Source of the DNA: Azolla caroliniana
Taxonomy: Eukaryota; Plantae; Polypodiophyta
Length of the DNA stretch: 64,000 nucleotides
Assembly: GCA_043228905.1 (NCBI GenBank)
Contig: JBHGNT010000009.1
Coordinates: 13,082,001-13,146,000 of the forward strand
Direction: 5' to 3'
Part shown: positions 23,901 through 35,264 of the stretch, piece by piece
How positions within the stretch are numbered: position 1 is the first letter of the stretch
Layout of the letters: every line of letters starts with the position of its first letter
Notes under the pieces: generated by a model
Told to the model about the DNA's origin: nothing
The model's input: only the letters and a program-made list of their open reading frames with translations
Databases searched by the model: none
Made by a program: the position numbers and the translations under genes

Positions 23901-26274
23901 GTAAAAATGATCTTGCGGGAACATTACTCATGGGTATAAGACCAAAACCAAATGTTAAAATTATAAAAGCATAGTATAAAAATTACATATTTTCTTAATC
24001 ACATACCATAGGAATGTACTTTCAAACCCCAAGTTAAGTACCATTCGGCTCCAACTGTACTTTTAAAGTGTAAACATATATTTTCTTTCTCAAAATGGTA
24101 CTTAGCGCATAAACAATGATGTGTGTACAAGCATGGTGTAATGATAGCATCCATGGCCTCAAACTTGAATCCAAGGCCACATAATACACACCTTCAAATA
24201 CGAGACACAACATACACTATATTAGCAACGATGATATTTTATACAATAGAAGGTCAACTTGTAAAACTATAAACCATTACCTTGATACAGTAATTCTTGT
24301 AATGGTACTTTCATTGAAAGTGGGATGCTCAACTACTTCTGGCCATAGAGGATCTAAACCTTTATCTTTTAGACCCTTCATCAAACATGTCAGGTTCTCA
24401 GAGTGACTTTTTAAGGCTGATAACTTATCATCAATTTCAGAACAAGATGACCTCCATGTCTCCAGATCTTTCTTCTGTTTTCCCAGTTCAATGCCCATAT
24501 TTGTTAGCTCCTTCTTCAACTCCTCTTTCAACACATCGCTTTCAGAATGTTGGATTGTTGCTGTTATCCATTCGTATGTATTCGATATAGATGTGAATTG
24601 TTTCTCTGCTGCCTCTCACTAGATGAAGCTTCTTCCAAATCGGTGAGCAGCGCTTGCAATCTTGTTTGCATGGAAGCTATGCAACGCAACAATCGTTGTT
24701 CATGCTTTTCTGTTAGTGTAGCTCTTTCTTTTGCAATAACCAGTCAACACAGACGTCCTAGTTGGGATTTCAATGTGAGAGGTACCCTTAGAGTTCATAG
24801 TAGTGTTGGTACGTGAGGACCCTCTATAATGTGATGATCAATGATGAGCAAAATCTTCCCAATCAACTTCAATGCCACCATGGAGTTCACATGCAAATGC
24901 ACGTGCAAAAATAGTTCGTACCTCATTGTTTAGGCTATGTTTTGTATCATAAACTTGTTCATATCGTGACTTTAGTTCAGTGATATAATCCTTCTTCAAT
25001 TGAGTGAGGTGAAAACCTCTCCTTGTCTCCGGTTGTGATGAGCCCCATGTTTTGATCATCCACATGTCTAGGTCTTCATAAGCGTCAGGTCATGCATGAA
25101 GGAAATATCCCCATCCTAAATTTCTACCTCGAAGGATGTTTGTGAACATCTTCTTGCCCTGAGATGTTGACAACTTAAAGCTCCCTCTGGTGGGGGTCAT
25201 CTTGCTTTCTTTGATGGGGGTCCTTTTTCTTTCCTTGCATGGTGTGTTGACATTTTCTTTGACCATTTTCGTCTTCGTGGGTGTCTTCCTTGTCATTTGA
25301 GTCCTATCTCTATTCTTCACCTCACACGCACAACAATAGTAAATAACAATAGATCAATCACAACTGTCTTTTTTCATCATATGATTAAATCACGCATAAT
25401 AAGAACAACAATGTGACATAACAACCCTAAACATACTTAACGGTGGCTCAAAAACAAGATTCATGCATGTACAAGTCTCTCTTGAAAGTGCACATAGAAG
25501 GAAAGACAAAAACATCAACAACAAAGATAAAACCTACGACATAATGTTAACTCCCGATACACGACATATACATTGTTACGGGCATGACCATATAATATCC
25601 CGTGGTAAGAATTTACCGTAGTATTCTATACACGTGGATAAGTGTGAGGGTTAAACGAGAGTGTAAAGAAGGGGAGGATTACTTTTATTCCTCGGGATTG
25701 AGACAACCCATTAGGTCAAGTGTGAACTTGCCTGGGGGCCTTGGGTATCGCTATAAATAAGAGGCCTAGCTACCCTCATTGGATCATCTTTTGACTACAT
25801 CGAGACTCTGCTCGTGTGGTGGGTCAACTCTTGTAGCGAGCGCGCCAGCACCAGGTACGACTCGACGCCACGGCGGTGGTATGGGACGCCGATCGAGGCT
25901 CGAGTCCGTCTCGATCCCTTCGCTCGGGGGTGGTCGGGTGGATCGGCACCCTTCTTTCTCTTTCTCCTTTCTATCTTTCATTTCTTTATCCTTATCTTAA
26001 GCTTACTTTAGTACCTAGATCTATAATATTTGGTATCAGATTTATGTACTAATGTTTCTTTGTTTTTCATTTGTCGTTTGATTGATGGTGATCGATCGAT
26101 GTGCAGTCGGCCTTCATCTAGACAACGATCAACAAAGAACTTCGGTAACTCTTTCCATATTTTTTTTTCTATTCTCTCTTCTCCCATCTAATCATGTGTT
26201 TAGTTTATATGTCATTTTTTTCATTAAGTCAATGATGTTGTATTGGTCTTTAATTGATTATCTAAAACGTTTAC

Positions 26275-26545
26275 ATATGTGCACGAGCTCAATACCTCGT
26301 TTGACATATTAATAATATGTGATGAGTGTCGTATGCGTACGAGGTTAATACCTCAATTACGTATTACGTTCACGAACATATGTTACGTTTGCGTATGAGT
26401 TTAATACCTTGATTTGTTGTAAACGATATGCGTTTGGTCTCGTATGCGTAAGAGGTCAATACCTCCATTGCGTATTACGACGATCTCTTATTTGTGGATG
26501 TTTCGTGTGCGTAGAGGTATATACCTCGATTACGTATCTCGATCA
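26275..26545 (+). repeat. Five about 56-62 bp units, each with a GAGGT-N4-ACCTC-type hairpin, in the chromovirus 5' leader
   Basis: Cores at about 26285, 26341, 26397, 26452 and 26514. Confidence 0.8.
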
Positions 26546-27717
26546 CATCATTTGTGGCTATTTAATCTAACGATATGTTTAATATAGGCATATGTGGTCA
26601 CATATATACGTATTTGATCATATATATGTGAAAAGTAAACATATGTGTATATTCGTTATTACGTGATTATGTTGAAAGTTGTCATGGTCGGGAAAAGGAT
26701 GTTGGTGGCCGTCCTCACATTTTTGTGAGAATGGCGTTGTCACCATCCCTTTTTCAACAATTTTTTATTGTTGATAACCCCGTTGACGACCTCGATTTCG
26801 TTACGTAAAGAAACGCCAATAGCCATAATGATGTTGACTACGTAGGGCTTGACCCACTTCAAGTGAGGTCGCTCCAATGACGCACGTATCGAACATCCCT
26901 CCCTCGTTACATGGATACGATGCCACCATGAGCTCGTTCTTACGAGAGGCATTCGTAATGACGTGACCATGTGAGGGCCCACGTGAGCCTACTACGAAAC
27001 AAGGGCTCATTTGGCTTGACCATTAGGTTGCACTTTGGCGTATGCCATCGTAATTACGAGACTTGAGGTTAGGTAACGTACCAACATAGTTTTCGTAAAT
27101 GAGGGCGAAATAAGGACCCTTGACATATATGTTCTTTTAAAAAAACATATATGATCAATTGCCTCGCATATCTCTTATACGCATCAAACATTAAGCATTC
27201 GAGAAGAGCAACTTACTTGGTCGGCTCAAGTGTTTAATGTATTTGTTCTCGAGGTCTCGAGTTCAAATATGACCAAGACCATACAACATCCTTGATACAT
27301 ATGACTATAACACATGTTTAGACTTAAGGTCTAAGTGCACCTCGGGGTCCTCGTAATAGGACTTAAAGAGCCGAAACCACTTATGTGGGCCCCGAAACAT
27401 AGTTTATTGTTAACATTTTTTTTCGTGTATAAACTATTCATGACGCGAACATACATGGTTGAGCCTCGGGGAGCCACCATGAAAAAAATCGATATAGAGA
27501 TCAGGGAAAGACATTTATTTGTCACCCCCATGGTTTTTAAAACACCTTTGTGTTACCATAGTAACCTGATCTTGAACCTCATCTCATACTTCTAGAGGGG
27601 TATTGACGTGAGATAATGATATCGATTAATGCTCGCCCATGATATGTTTACATCACGACAAGATGTTATGACTATATCTCTGACCTTATCCTATTTCTTT
27701 TCCAGAAATAATCTTTA

Positions 27718-30700
27718 ATGGCTCAAATTAACGACCCGATGTCATCCGCTCAAGCGGAAGGAACTCAAGGGAATCCTTCTGGACAAATGTCCACTGAGAT
27801 GCATTTGGCACAAATAACCCAATACCTTAGTTTCACCGCTCAACAGATGACCGAACTTCGGCAATCTCAGATTGCTCTTGAGGCACGTGTCATTAGTCTA
27901 CAACGTGAGACTAATAGACCTGATGAGCGACAAGGTGAACCATCATTTGTCGTTAAGCCATTTAAGGGAGACAAAAAGGAAAGAACCGAAGAAGCAATCT
28001 GCACATGGCTGGGACGATGGGAGTCTCATTTTGAGCTCTATCCCACGCCAGATAGTACGAAGATTGCATATGTCAGTCGAGAACTCGGGGGTAAGGCCGC
28101 CGCCTGGTGGCGTGGCCTCCGTACTATGGGGAAATTGCCCGATACCTGGACAGATTTTGTCACGGTTTTTAAGGGCCAATTTCTGCAACCTCCCTCTCGA
28201 ACTGAGGCAGCACAAGCTTTAATGAACCTCTCTAGCAGGAAATTTTCCTCGCTAGAAGACTATGTTCACCATGCTAGAACCCAAATCCAAAAATCGGGTC
28301 TAGAAGGGGACAATTGGTTGATAGCTTGTTTTGTCAATGGCATCCCCAATTCGGACTATCACTGGATAGTGCACGATAAGGATCCAAAATCCTTCGAAGA
28401 GGCCGTTGAAATAGTTCTTCGCTATCAACGCACTTCGAAGAAGGACCATAACAAACCCAACGAAGCGCCCGGGACTAAGCAGTCGCAATTTGTTGGGAAA
28501 CGCAAGACACCCAACGAATTCCTGGATCGCGATTGTAAGCGACAACATCCTTTTTGTGTATTCTGCAAAAAGAAGGGTCATACAAAAGATCAATGTCGAA
28601 AGCTCCAACGGAAAGAACACGACAACAAAGCTAAAGCTGCAGACCATAAAGGTCAGATTCCTAATGTCCTTCAGGTCTATACACATCATTTAAGTAATTG
28701 TCAATGTTCTTTCCCTCACTATGTATTGGGTCCCAATGATTTACTACGTGCAAACGGGTATATCAATGGATCTCCCGTACCAATTTTTATTTGATTCGGG
28801 AAGCTCACACAATTTTGTGAATGATCGTTTGGTTCAGATATGGGGAATCCAACCCACCATAAGTGATCACACCTACACGGTGCACTTGGCTGATGGAAGA
28901 GTACAATACATCAACGGGGCGATTCATTCATTAGGAATTTCTATTGATACTTATATAGAGGAAGTAGACTTCCATGTAATGAATCTTTGTACCACCGATG
29001 TAATACTGGGTTATCCCTGGTTTTATAATAAAAACTCTTCTTTATTTATTGATTGGGTTCGTCATTCCATTTCTTTTGTACTGAACGATTGTACGCATTT
29101 TATTCAATGTGTAAAAAAACAATCCCTCTCGATTGTTTCCTCGTGTCCATCAATATCCGAGTTGTCTTGTTCTACGTTATTTTATTGTGTACTTGATCCG
29201 GACATTCACGTTTACAATATCGATAATGTCCCGATTCAATTAACATATTTTGAACAACAGCAACTTGATGAAATCTTAAATGATTTTCATGATGTTTTTC
29301 CAAGTGAACTACCTGATGGGTTACCTCCTAAATGTAATATAGACCATCGTATAGATATTGTACCTGGTGTTGCACCAATAAGTATACCTCCGTATCGCTT
29401 AAGTCGATCCGAAGAAGATGAGGTATCTAAGCAACTCAAGGACTATTTACGAATGGGTTATATACATTATAGTAAATCTCCATGGGGTGCACCAGTTCTC
29501 TTGGTTAGAAAGAAAGAGGGCACATGGCGTATGTGTATTAATTACTGACGCTTGAATAAAGTGACGATCAAGAATTCGTATCCATTGCCCCGGGCTGACG
29601 ATCTAATTGACCGTCTCCAGGGAGCTCGGTATTTTACGAAACTTGATCTCCGTACTGGCTACCATCAAATACGAATAAGTGAGGACAATGTTCCTAAAAC
29701 GGCATTTTGTACGCGCTATGGCCATTACGAGTTTTTGGTTATGCCTTTTGGTTTGACCAATGCTCCGGCTACTTTTCAACAAGAAATGAATGACATTTTC
29801 CGAGAACAACTTGGAAAATTTGTTGTTATTTTCTTGGATGATATTTTAGTTTATAGCCGTACATTACAAGAACATGCTAGACATGTCCGCTTTGTTTTAC
29901 AAACATTGCGTGACAAACAGTTTTATGCGAAGATCTCAAAATGTGAGTTCTTCAAGAAATCAATTACTTATCTAGGACATCTCATAACCGAACGAGGAGT
30001 TGAAATTGATCCTTCTCGCATTGAGAAAATCAAGCTTTGGCCCACTCTTCGGAATATTCGAGAAGTTCGATCATTCCTTGGTTTTGTGGGGTTTTTGCGA
30101 AAGTCTCTTCGTAATTACTCCCAATTGACGACGTCGTTTACTGATCTTTTAAAAGGTCAAACGCGTAAGTCTACAAAACCTATTGTGTGGAATGCTACAC
30201 TAGACCTTGCCTTTAAGGAACTCAAGGACCTGGTTTGCAAGGCTCCTTCACTTCTTTTACCCGATCCTTCAAAACCTTTTGAGGTTGAAACCGATGCAAG
30301 CGATTATGCTATAGGTGTTGTCTTGTATCAAGATGGTAAACCAATAGCATTTGAGAGTAAGAAACTTGATTCTACTCAATGTCGGTATACCGTTCAAGAA
30401 AAGGAATTATTTGCAGTTATACATGCGCTCAAAACATGGAGCCATTATCTTTATGGAAATCACTTTGTGGTAACTACGGACCACGAGTCCTTGAAATATT
30501 TTTGTGACCAACAAGACCTGAAAGGTCGTAAGGCACGATGGGCTGATCTCATCCAGGACTTTGATTTTTCCATACGATATCGTAAAGGTTCCATGAACAC
30601 TGTCGCTGATGCACTAAGTCGCATCGGTGAAGTTAACACGCTTAGCTTCACTGCAATATCATCAGATCTTTATGATCACCTTCGAGGAAAGTATCCTGAT

Positions 30701-32152
30701 GACAGTTATTTCGCAAAATACTGGGCAAGAGTTGAGTCTGGAACAGAGACCACCACATCCTCGAAGGAATACTTCCACATTGCTAACGGTTTGCTCTACC
30801 GTAATGGGAAGGTTTGTGTTCCAGATTTACCCGAGGTCAAAAAGAGGATTCTTTTTTAATGCCATGATGCACCCTCAGCAGGGCACCCTGGAATACATCG
30901 TACACTCGTTCTCATCTCCACTCAATTTTATTGGTCTAAGATGCGTCTTGACATACATAGCTATGTGACTAAATGTCACCAGTGCCAGGTTAACAAAGCC
31001 GAGCGACTTAAAGCCGCAGGACTTTTACATCCCTTGGACATTCCCAATAATAAGTGGGAAAGTATATCCATGGATTTTATTGTTAGCCTTCCTCGCACCC
31101 AAAAAGGTCATGATGCCATCTGGGTTGTCGTTGATCGACTAACTAAAATGGCCAGATTTATTGCTACTAAAACCACGGTAACAGCTCCTGAATTGGCTTA
31201 CCAATTCGTTGACGAATTGTTTCGTTTTTATGGGTTACCGATGGATATCGTGAGTGATCGAGATCCAAAGTTTACTAGTGACTTCTGGACACAAGTCTTT
31301 AAGAAGTTAGAAACTACGTTGAGCATGAGCTCCACGGATCATCCTCAATCCGATGGACAGACAAAACGAGTAAATCAAATTATTGAGGACATGCTTCGAG
31401 CATACGTTGGTGCAAAACCAACAAAATGGGAACGTTATCTCCCAATTTTGGAGTTTGCTTATAACAGCTCCAAGCATACGTCGACGGGATATAGTCCTTT
31501 TATGTTGATGTATGGTTTTCAGCCAGGAGCCCCGATTGATGTTAATATACATCATGATGAGTTGCGAAGTACGCAAAACTTTCTTCGGGATATGCAAGAT
31601 ATGTTGCATATTGCACGAGATAATATAAAAACAGCTCAAGATAGAGCGCGTTTTTATGCCGATCATCATAGGCAACCTCGTGTATTCAACCCTGGACAGA
31701 AGGTATTTTTACGTGTACCTCACAATTCTAAGACACTGTCTACGGGTAAGTGCACTAAGTTAGCCCCACGGTTTTGTGGACCTTTTACAGTCCTCAAACG
31801 CATTGGGCCATCAGCCTATCGTCTCGCTCTTCCCGATGGTGTCAGAATTCATCCAGTCTTTCATGTGAGTCGTCTAAAAGAACTTCTAGGTTCTGGCGAC
31901 AATACAGTTACGACTGAAACTCTGGTTACTTCTGAAGAATTATCTTCTAAACCACATGTACCAGAAAGAATTCTCGATGTTAAAACAAAAAAATTACGTA
32001 CTAAAGAAATCCGAGAATTCAAAATAAAATGGATGGATAAATCAATAAAAGATGCCACATGGGAACGCGAAAATACTCTTAGAACTAACTTCCCTAACTT
32101 TCCATTGCAAGAGTGCAATGTTTTAAAGAGGGGGAGTATGTTACGGGCATGA
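27718..32152 (+). pseudogene. gag-pol: gag-pol with chromodomain; one frameshift (about 28790) and two stops (29548, 30859)
   Basis: [51 protein letters not shown]...IKW...DATWE. Confidence 0.92.
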
Positions 32153-33119
32153 CCATATAATATCCCGTGGTAAGAATTTACCGTAGTATTCTATACACGT
32201 GGATAAGTGTGAGGGTTAAACGAGAGTGTAAAGAAGGGGAGGATTACTTTTATTCCTCGGGATTGAGACAACCCATTAGGCCAAGTGTGAACTTGCCTGG
32301 GGGCCTTGGGTATCGCTATAAATAAGAGGCCTAGCTACCCTCATTGGATCATCTTTTGACTACATCGAGACTCTACTCGTGTGGTGGGTCAACTCTTGTA
32401 GCGAGCGCGCCAGCACCAGGTACGACTCGACGCCACGGCGGTGGTATGGGACGCCGATCGAGGCTCGAGTCCGTCTCGATCCCTTCGCTCGGGGGTGGTC
32501 GGGTGGATCGGCACCCTTCTTTCTCTTTCTCCTTTCTATCTTTCATTTCTTTATCCTTATCTTAAGCTTACTTTAGTACCTAGATCTATAATATACATGC
32601 TCAACCATGGAAAATCATTGTAGCGTACCATCATAGAACAATCTTCCAATATGTCAACATGTACCAAATTCTAAATCATGCAATAAATGACATGTGCATG
32701 TAAAACACTCTCAATTTCAAGCATATGCATGTACAAGTGTCTGAAATGATCAAGGGAGAACAACACGAACAACAACAACAAAACCCTAACATGTAGCAGA
32801 ATGTGAAGGTAAGCCTAAAGTAGGATTACCTTTTCAGACGTCGTTAGGGTTGCAGATAGCAAGATTATCTTTCTAAAGTCCTTGCAGAGGGGACACGTTT
32901 GAAGCACGGGTTGCAAGCAAACAGACACACCAGGTAGAGGTAACACAACGACTTGAGAACACCTGGAGGTAGAGCAAAGCAGAGGTCATAGCCAGCAGAG
33001 GGGACACGACCAACAAAGCAGAGGTCGATGTCATTAGGACATGGTGAGCACAGAACACCTAACAGTGAGGGAGAACAAGGTCAGTAGAGGGAGAGAGAAC
33101 GCGGCCAACCCTAGAGAGG

Positions 33120-33345
33120 TTGAAAGACCTGTGCAAAAGGTGGAAGAGAGACGGAGAGGGGGAGAGGAGGTACGAACGACGAGAAATGATGCGCTTGGAG
33201 TCTGCAGAGACCTGTGCAGAAGGTGGAAGAGAGATAGAGAGGGGGACAGGAGGTACGAACGACGAGCAGTGACGCGCTTGGAGTCTTCAGAGACCTGTAC
33301 AGAAGGTGGAAGAGAGACAGAGAAGGGGAGAGGAGGTATGAACCT
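33120..33345 (+). repeat. About 85-bp purine-rich tandem repeat x about 2.5
   Basis: agacctgt(g/a)cagaaggtggaagagag...gaggtacgaacgacgag repeated. Confidence 0.8.
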
Positions 33346-34229
33346 CGGTAATCAATGAATATTGTGGCCCAACATTACCTAGGACTGTGACCCAACAACC
33401 TCAAAATGAAATGGACAGTTGGACACAGACACAAGTTATAATTGTGGAAGGATGTGCAATGTTTTTTTCATATTTGAAATCCATTTTCATTGACAACACA
33501 ATGAAAGAGGATGACAAGTGTGCTAAGACTTCTTCCTCACTATTTCAAGAGATTTGGGCAATGGTGGACAAGGACATATCGGTCGGTGGAGAAAGGGCCA
33601 TCACTGAAGAGACATACCCAAACCAAATTAAGACCCAAGATAAGGAAGGTGGCAACGAGGAAGCAAAGGTCAAAGCTAAATGTATACGATGAAAAGGTCA
33701 AACAAAGCACAATGGTGCACAACGATGGCCAAACGAATGAAGTGAATTCGAAGGGCGTTCCTTGGTATTTGATCACAATATCCAACTCGAAAGGATACAC
33801 CATTACAAAGATCAAACAATCGATGGTCAACTCTCACATGAGAGCATACCATGAAAAAGGAAGAAGTGGGAAAAATGCAATGTGGTCGTCTAAGGGCCTA
33901 AATGTGAGCATGTACTTGAAGGATGGGCTACAAGGAGTAGTCAAAGTCAATGTTTGGATGAGGCCTCACAAAGATAAGCTTGGATTGACGGAAGAAGGGA
34001 GATTAAATATCCTTGACAATAAAGATGATCAAAACAAAGACGGCACATATATGGTGCATGAAGCATTATGCTTGGGGAAGGCGGATGAGGCCACGACAAT
34101 CGGTCGTGGCAATGCAAAGCTCGGACAAAGGATTTGATGGTTTGGAAGGTTTCCATGGCTATAGTGCAAAGAATGGTTTGTGGTGGCATTGGAAGAAGAG
34201 ATATAAGGAGCCAATGAGCTGGTTCAAAG

Positions 34230-35264
34230 TCAATCTCCATCACAGATAGTTAGGTTTTTTCCAAAACAATATTCTTCATTAATTCCTTGTAAAGATCGCC
34301 AAGGGAGCAGCTTCATATCCTCCGGGTGTTCCTCGATAATCAAATCACATTTACGTGACTTTGACTTTATTTCCACTTGTGGATTGAGTTTGGCCTTCTT
34401 TGACCGTTTTCCTTTCACCTCTTTCCACTCCCACATGCTAAATATTTTGTCTTGAAAATCCCCAACCTTCCATGCTCTAAAGACTAGTTGAAACCACGAG
34501 TCATATTTCCTCAGTCCTTCCGATCTTGTGCTTTCATCAACAGTTATGCCCACCTCTAGCAAACATTGTCGACACAAATTTGGATGTAGCCTAGGACCAA
34601 ATCTTTGCAATACATCGACGTACTCGTGGTGAAAAAATCTAATCCACTCGATACAAGACATCTTCTGTCTATAATCATTATCATTACTGTGGTCCCGGGC
34701 TAATAGCTTGGCCTCTTCATGTGTCAGACCGGCATAGACTTTCACAAGTTGAAGAATGGGATTAGAGGATATTATATGAGTTATCTTCGAGCTTCAGTCG
34801 AATGTGATCCTCCAATAACGTAGTAAGTATAGTCATCAGTTGAACTATACTTGAAATTAGTAGTGGTGGGGCATTGGTCAGGATCAACCATTAGAAGGAA
34901 TGGTACTACTGTGGCATGCAGATTAATCTTCATTTTCCTCTTAAGGTTTTGTACATGCACAGAATGTAGCTCTCGAATTTCTAATGGATGTCTGCCTGTC
35001 ACTAGATCTACCGGAAACCTTTGAATTGAACTGATAGGCAGATGAAAAAGTTAGCCTTTTCGTACTAGTTGACGTTAATATGCTGGATGATATTTGGCCT
35101 CCTAGAGTAACAACTTCAATTTGTTGCTCCTCCTCGTCTTCCTCCTCTACGAACTCTAGCATCTCTAGTTCGTCTTCATCACGTTTTGGTCGTTTTTGAT
35201 TTTTTTTTTGTTCAGAATTTGATTTCCAAGACTTTTTTAGAGGTGTCTTTGCTTCTCTAACCAT
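34230..35264 (-). pseudogene. ParB/sulfiredoxin-like domain protein (frameshifted, truncated)
   Basis: Basic then acidic N-terminus, then IRELHSVHVQNLKRKM...YYVIGGSHSTEARR...KVYAGLTHEEAKLLARDH, resembling the ParB/Srx GxHR-like core. Confidence 0.55.

Larger units (their letters stand above)
25574..32593 (+). mobile_element. Full-length Ty3/gypsy chromovirus
   Basis: 455-bp LTRs at 25574-26028 and 32139-32593; TSD TACAT; iMet PBS 26031-26040; PPT near 32125-32137; gag-PR-RT-RH-INT-chromodomain order. Confidence 0.95.
15850..32830 (-). pseudogene. Putative multi-exon companion gene of the DNA transposon (basic N-terminus, VDWxxFA motif, coiled coil, acidic repeat tail); introns contain copia C and the chromovirus
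   Basis: ORF pieces 25090-25320, 24838-25065, 24277-24534, 16647-16880 and 15873-16439, with GT/AG-like borders near 32830, 25320, 24281, 17092, 16866, 16678 and 16587. Confidence 0.5.

Noticed and set aside
26275-26545. CRISPR array
   Set aside because: The repeats are degenerate, no cas genes are present and the context is a eukaryotic retroelement leader; kept only as a hairpin array.
27210-27280. Second tRNA/SINE-like motif (gagttcaaat)
   Set aside because: Only a partial box B, with no convincing box A or stems.
28775-28800. Programmed -1 frameshift at AATTTTT in the chromovirus
   Set aside because: The join needs +1 and falls just before the protease active-site motif; an extra T in a homopolymer explains it better.
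33386-34244. Solo LTR bounded by TGTGA...TCACA
   Set aside because: The flanks (AGGAC / GATAG) form no TSD and there is no second copy in the window, so it was not called as a feature.
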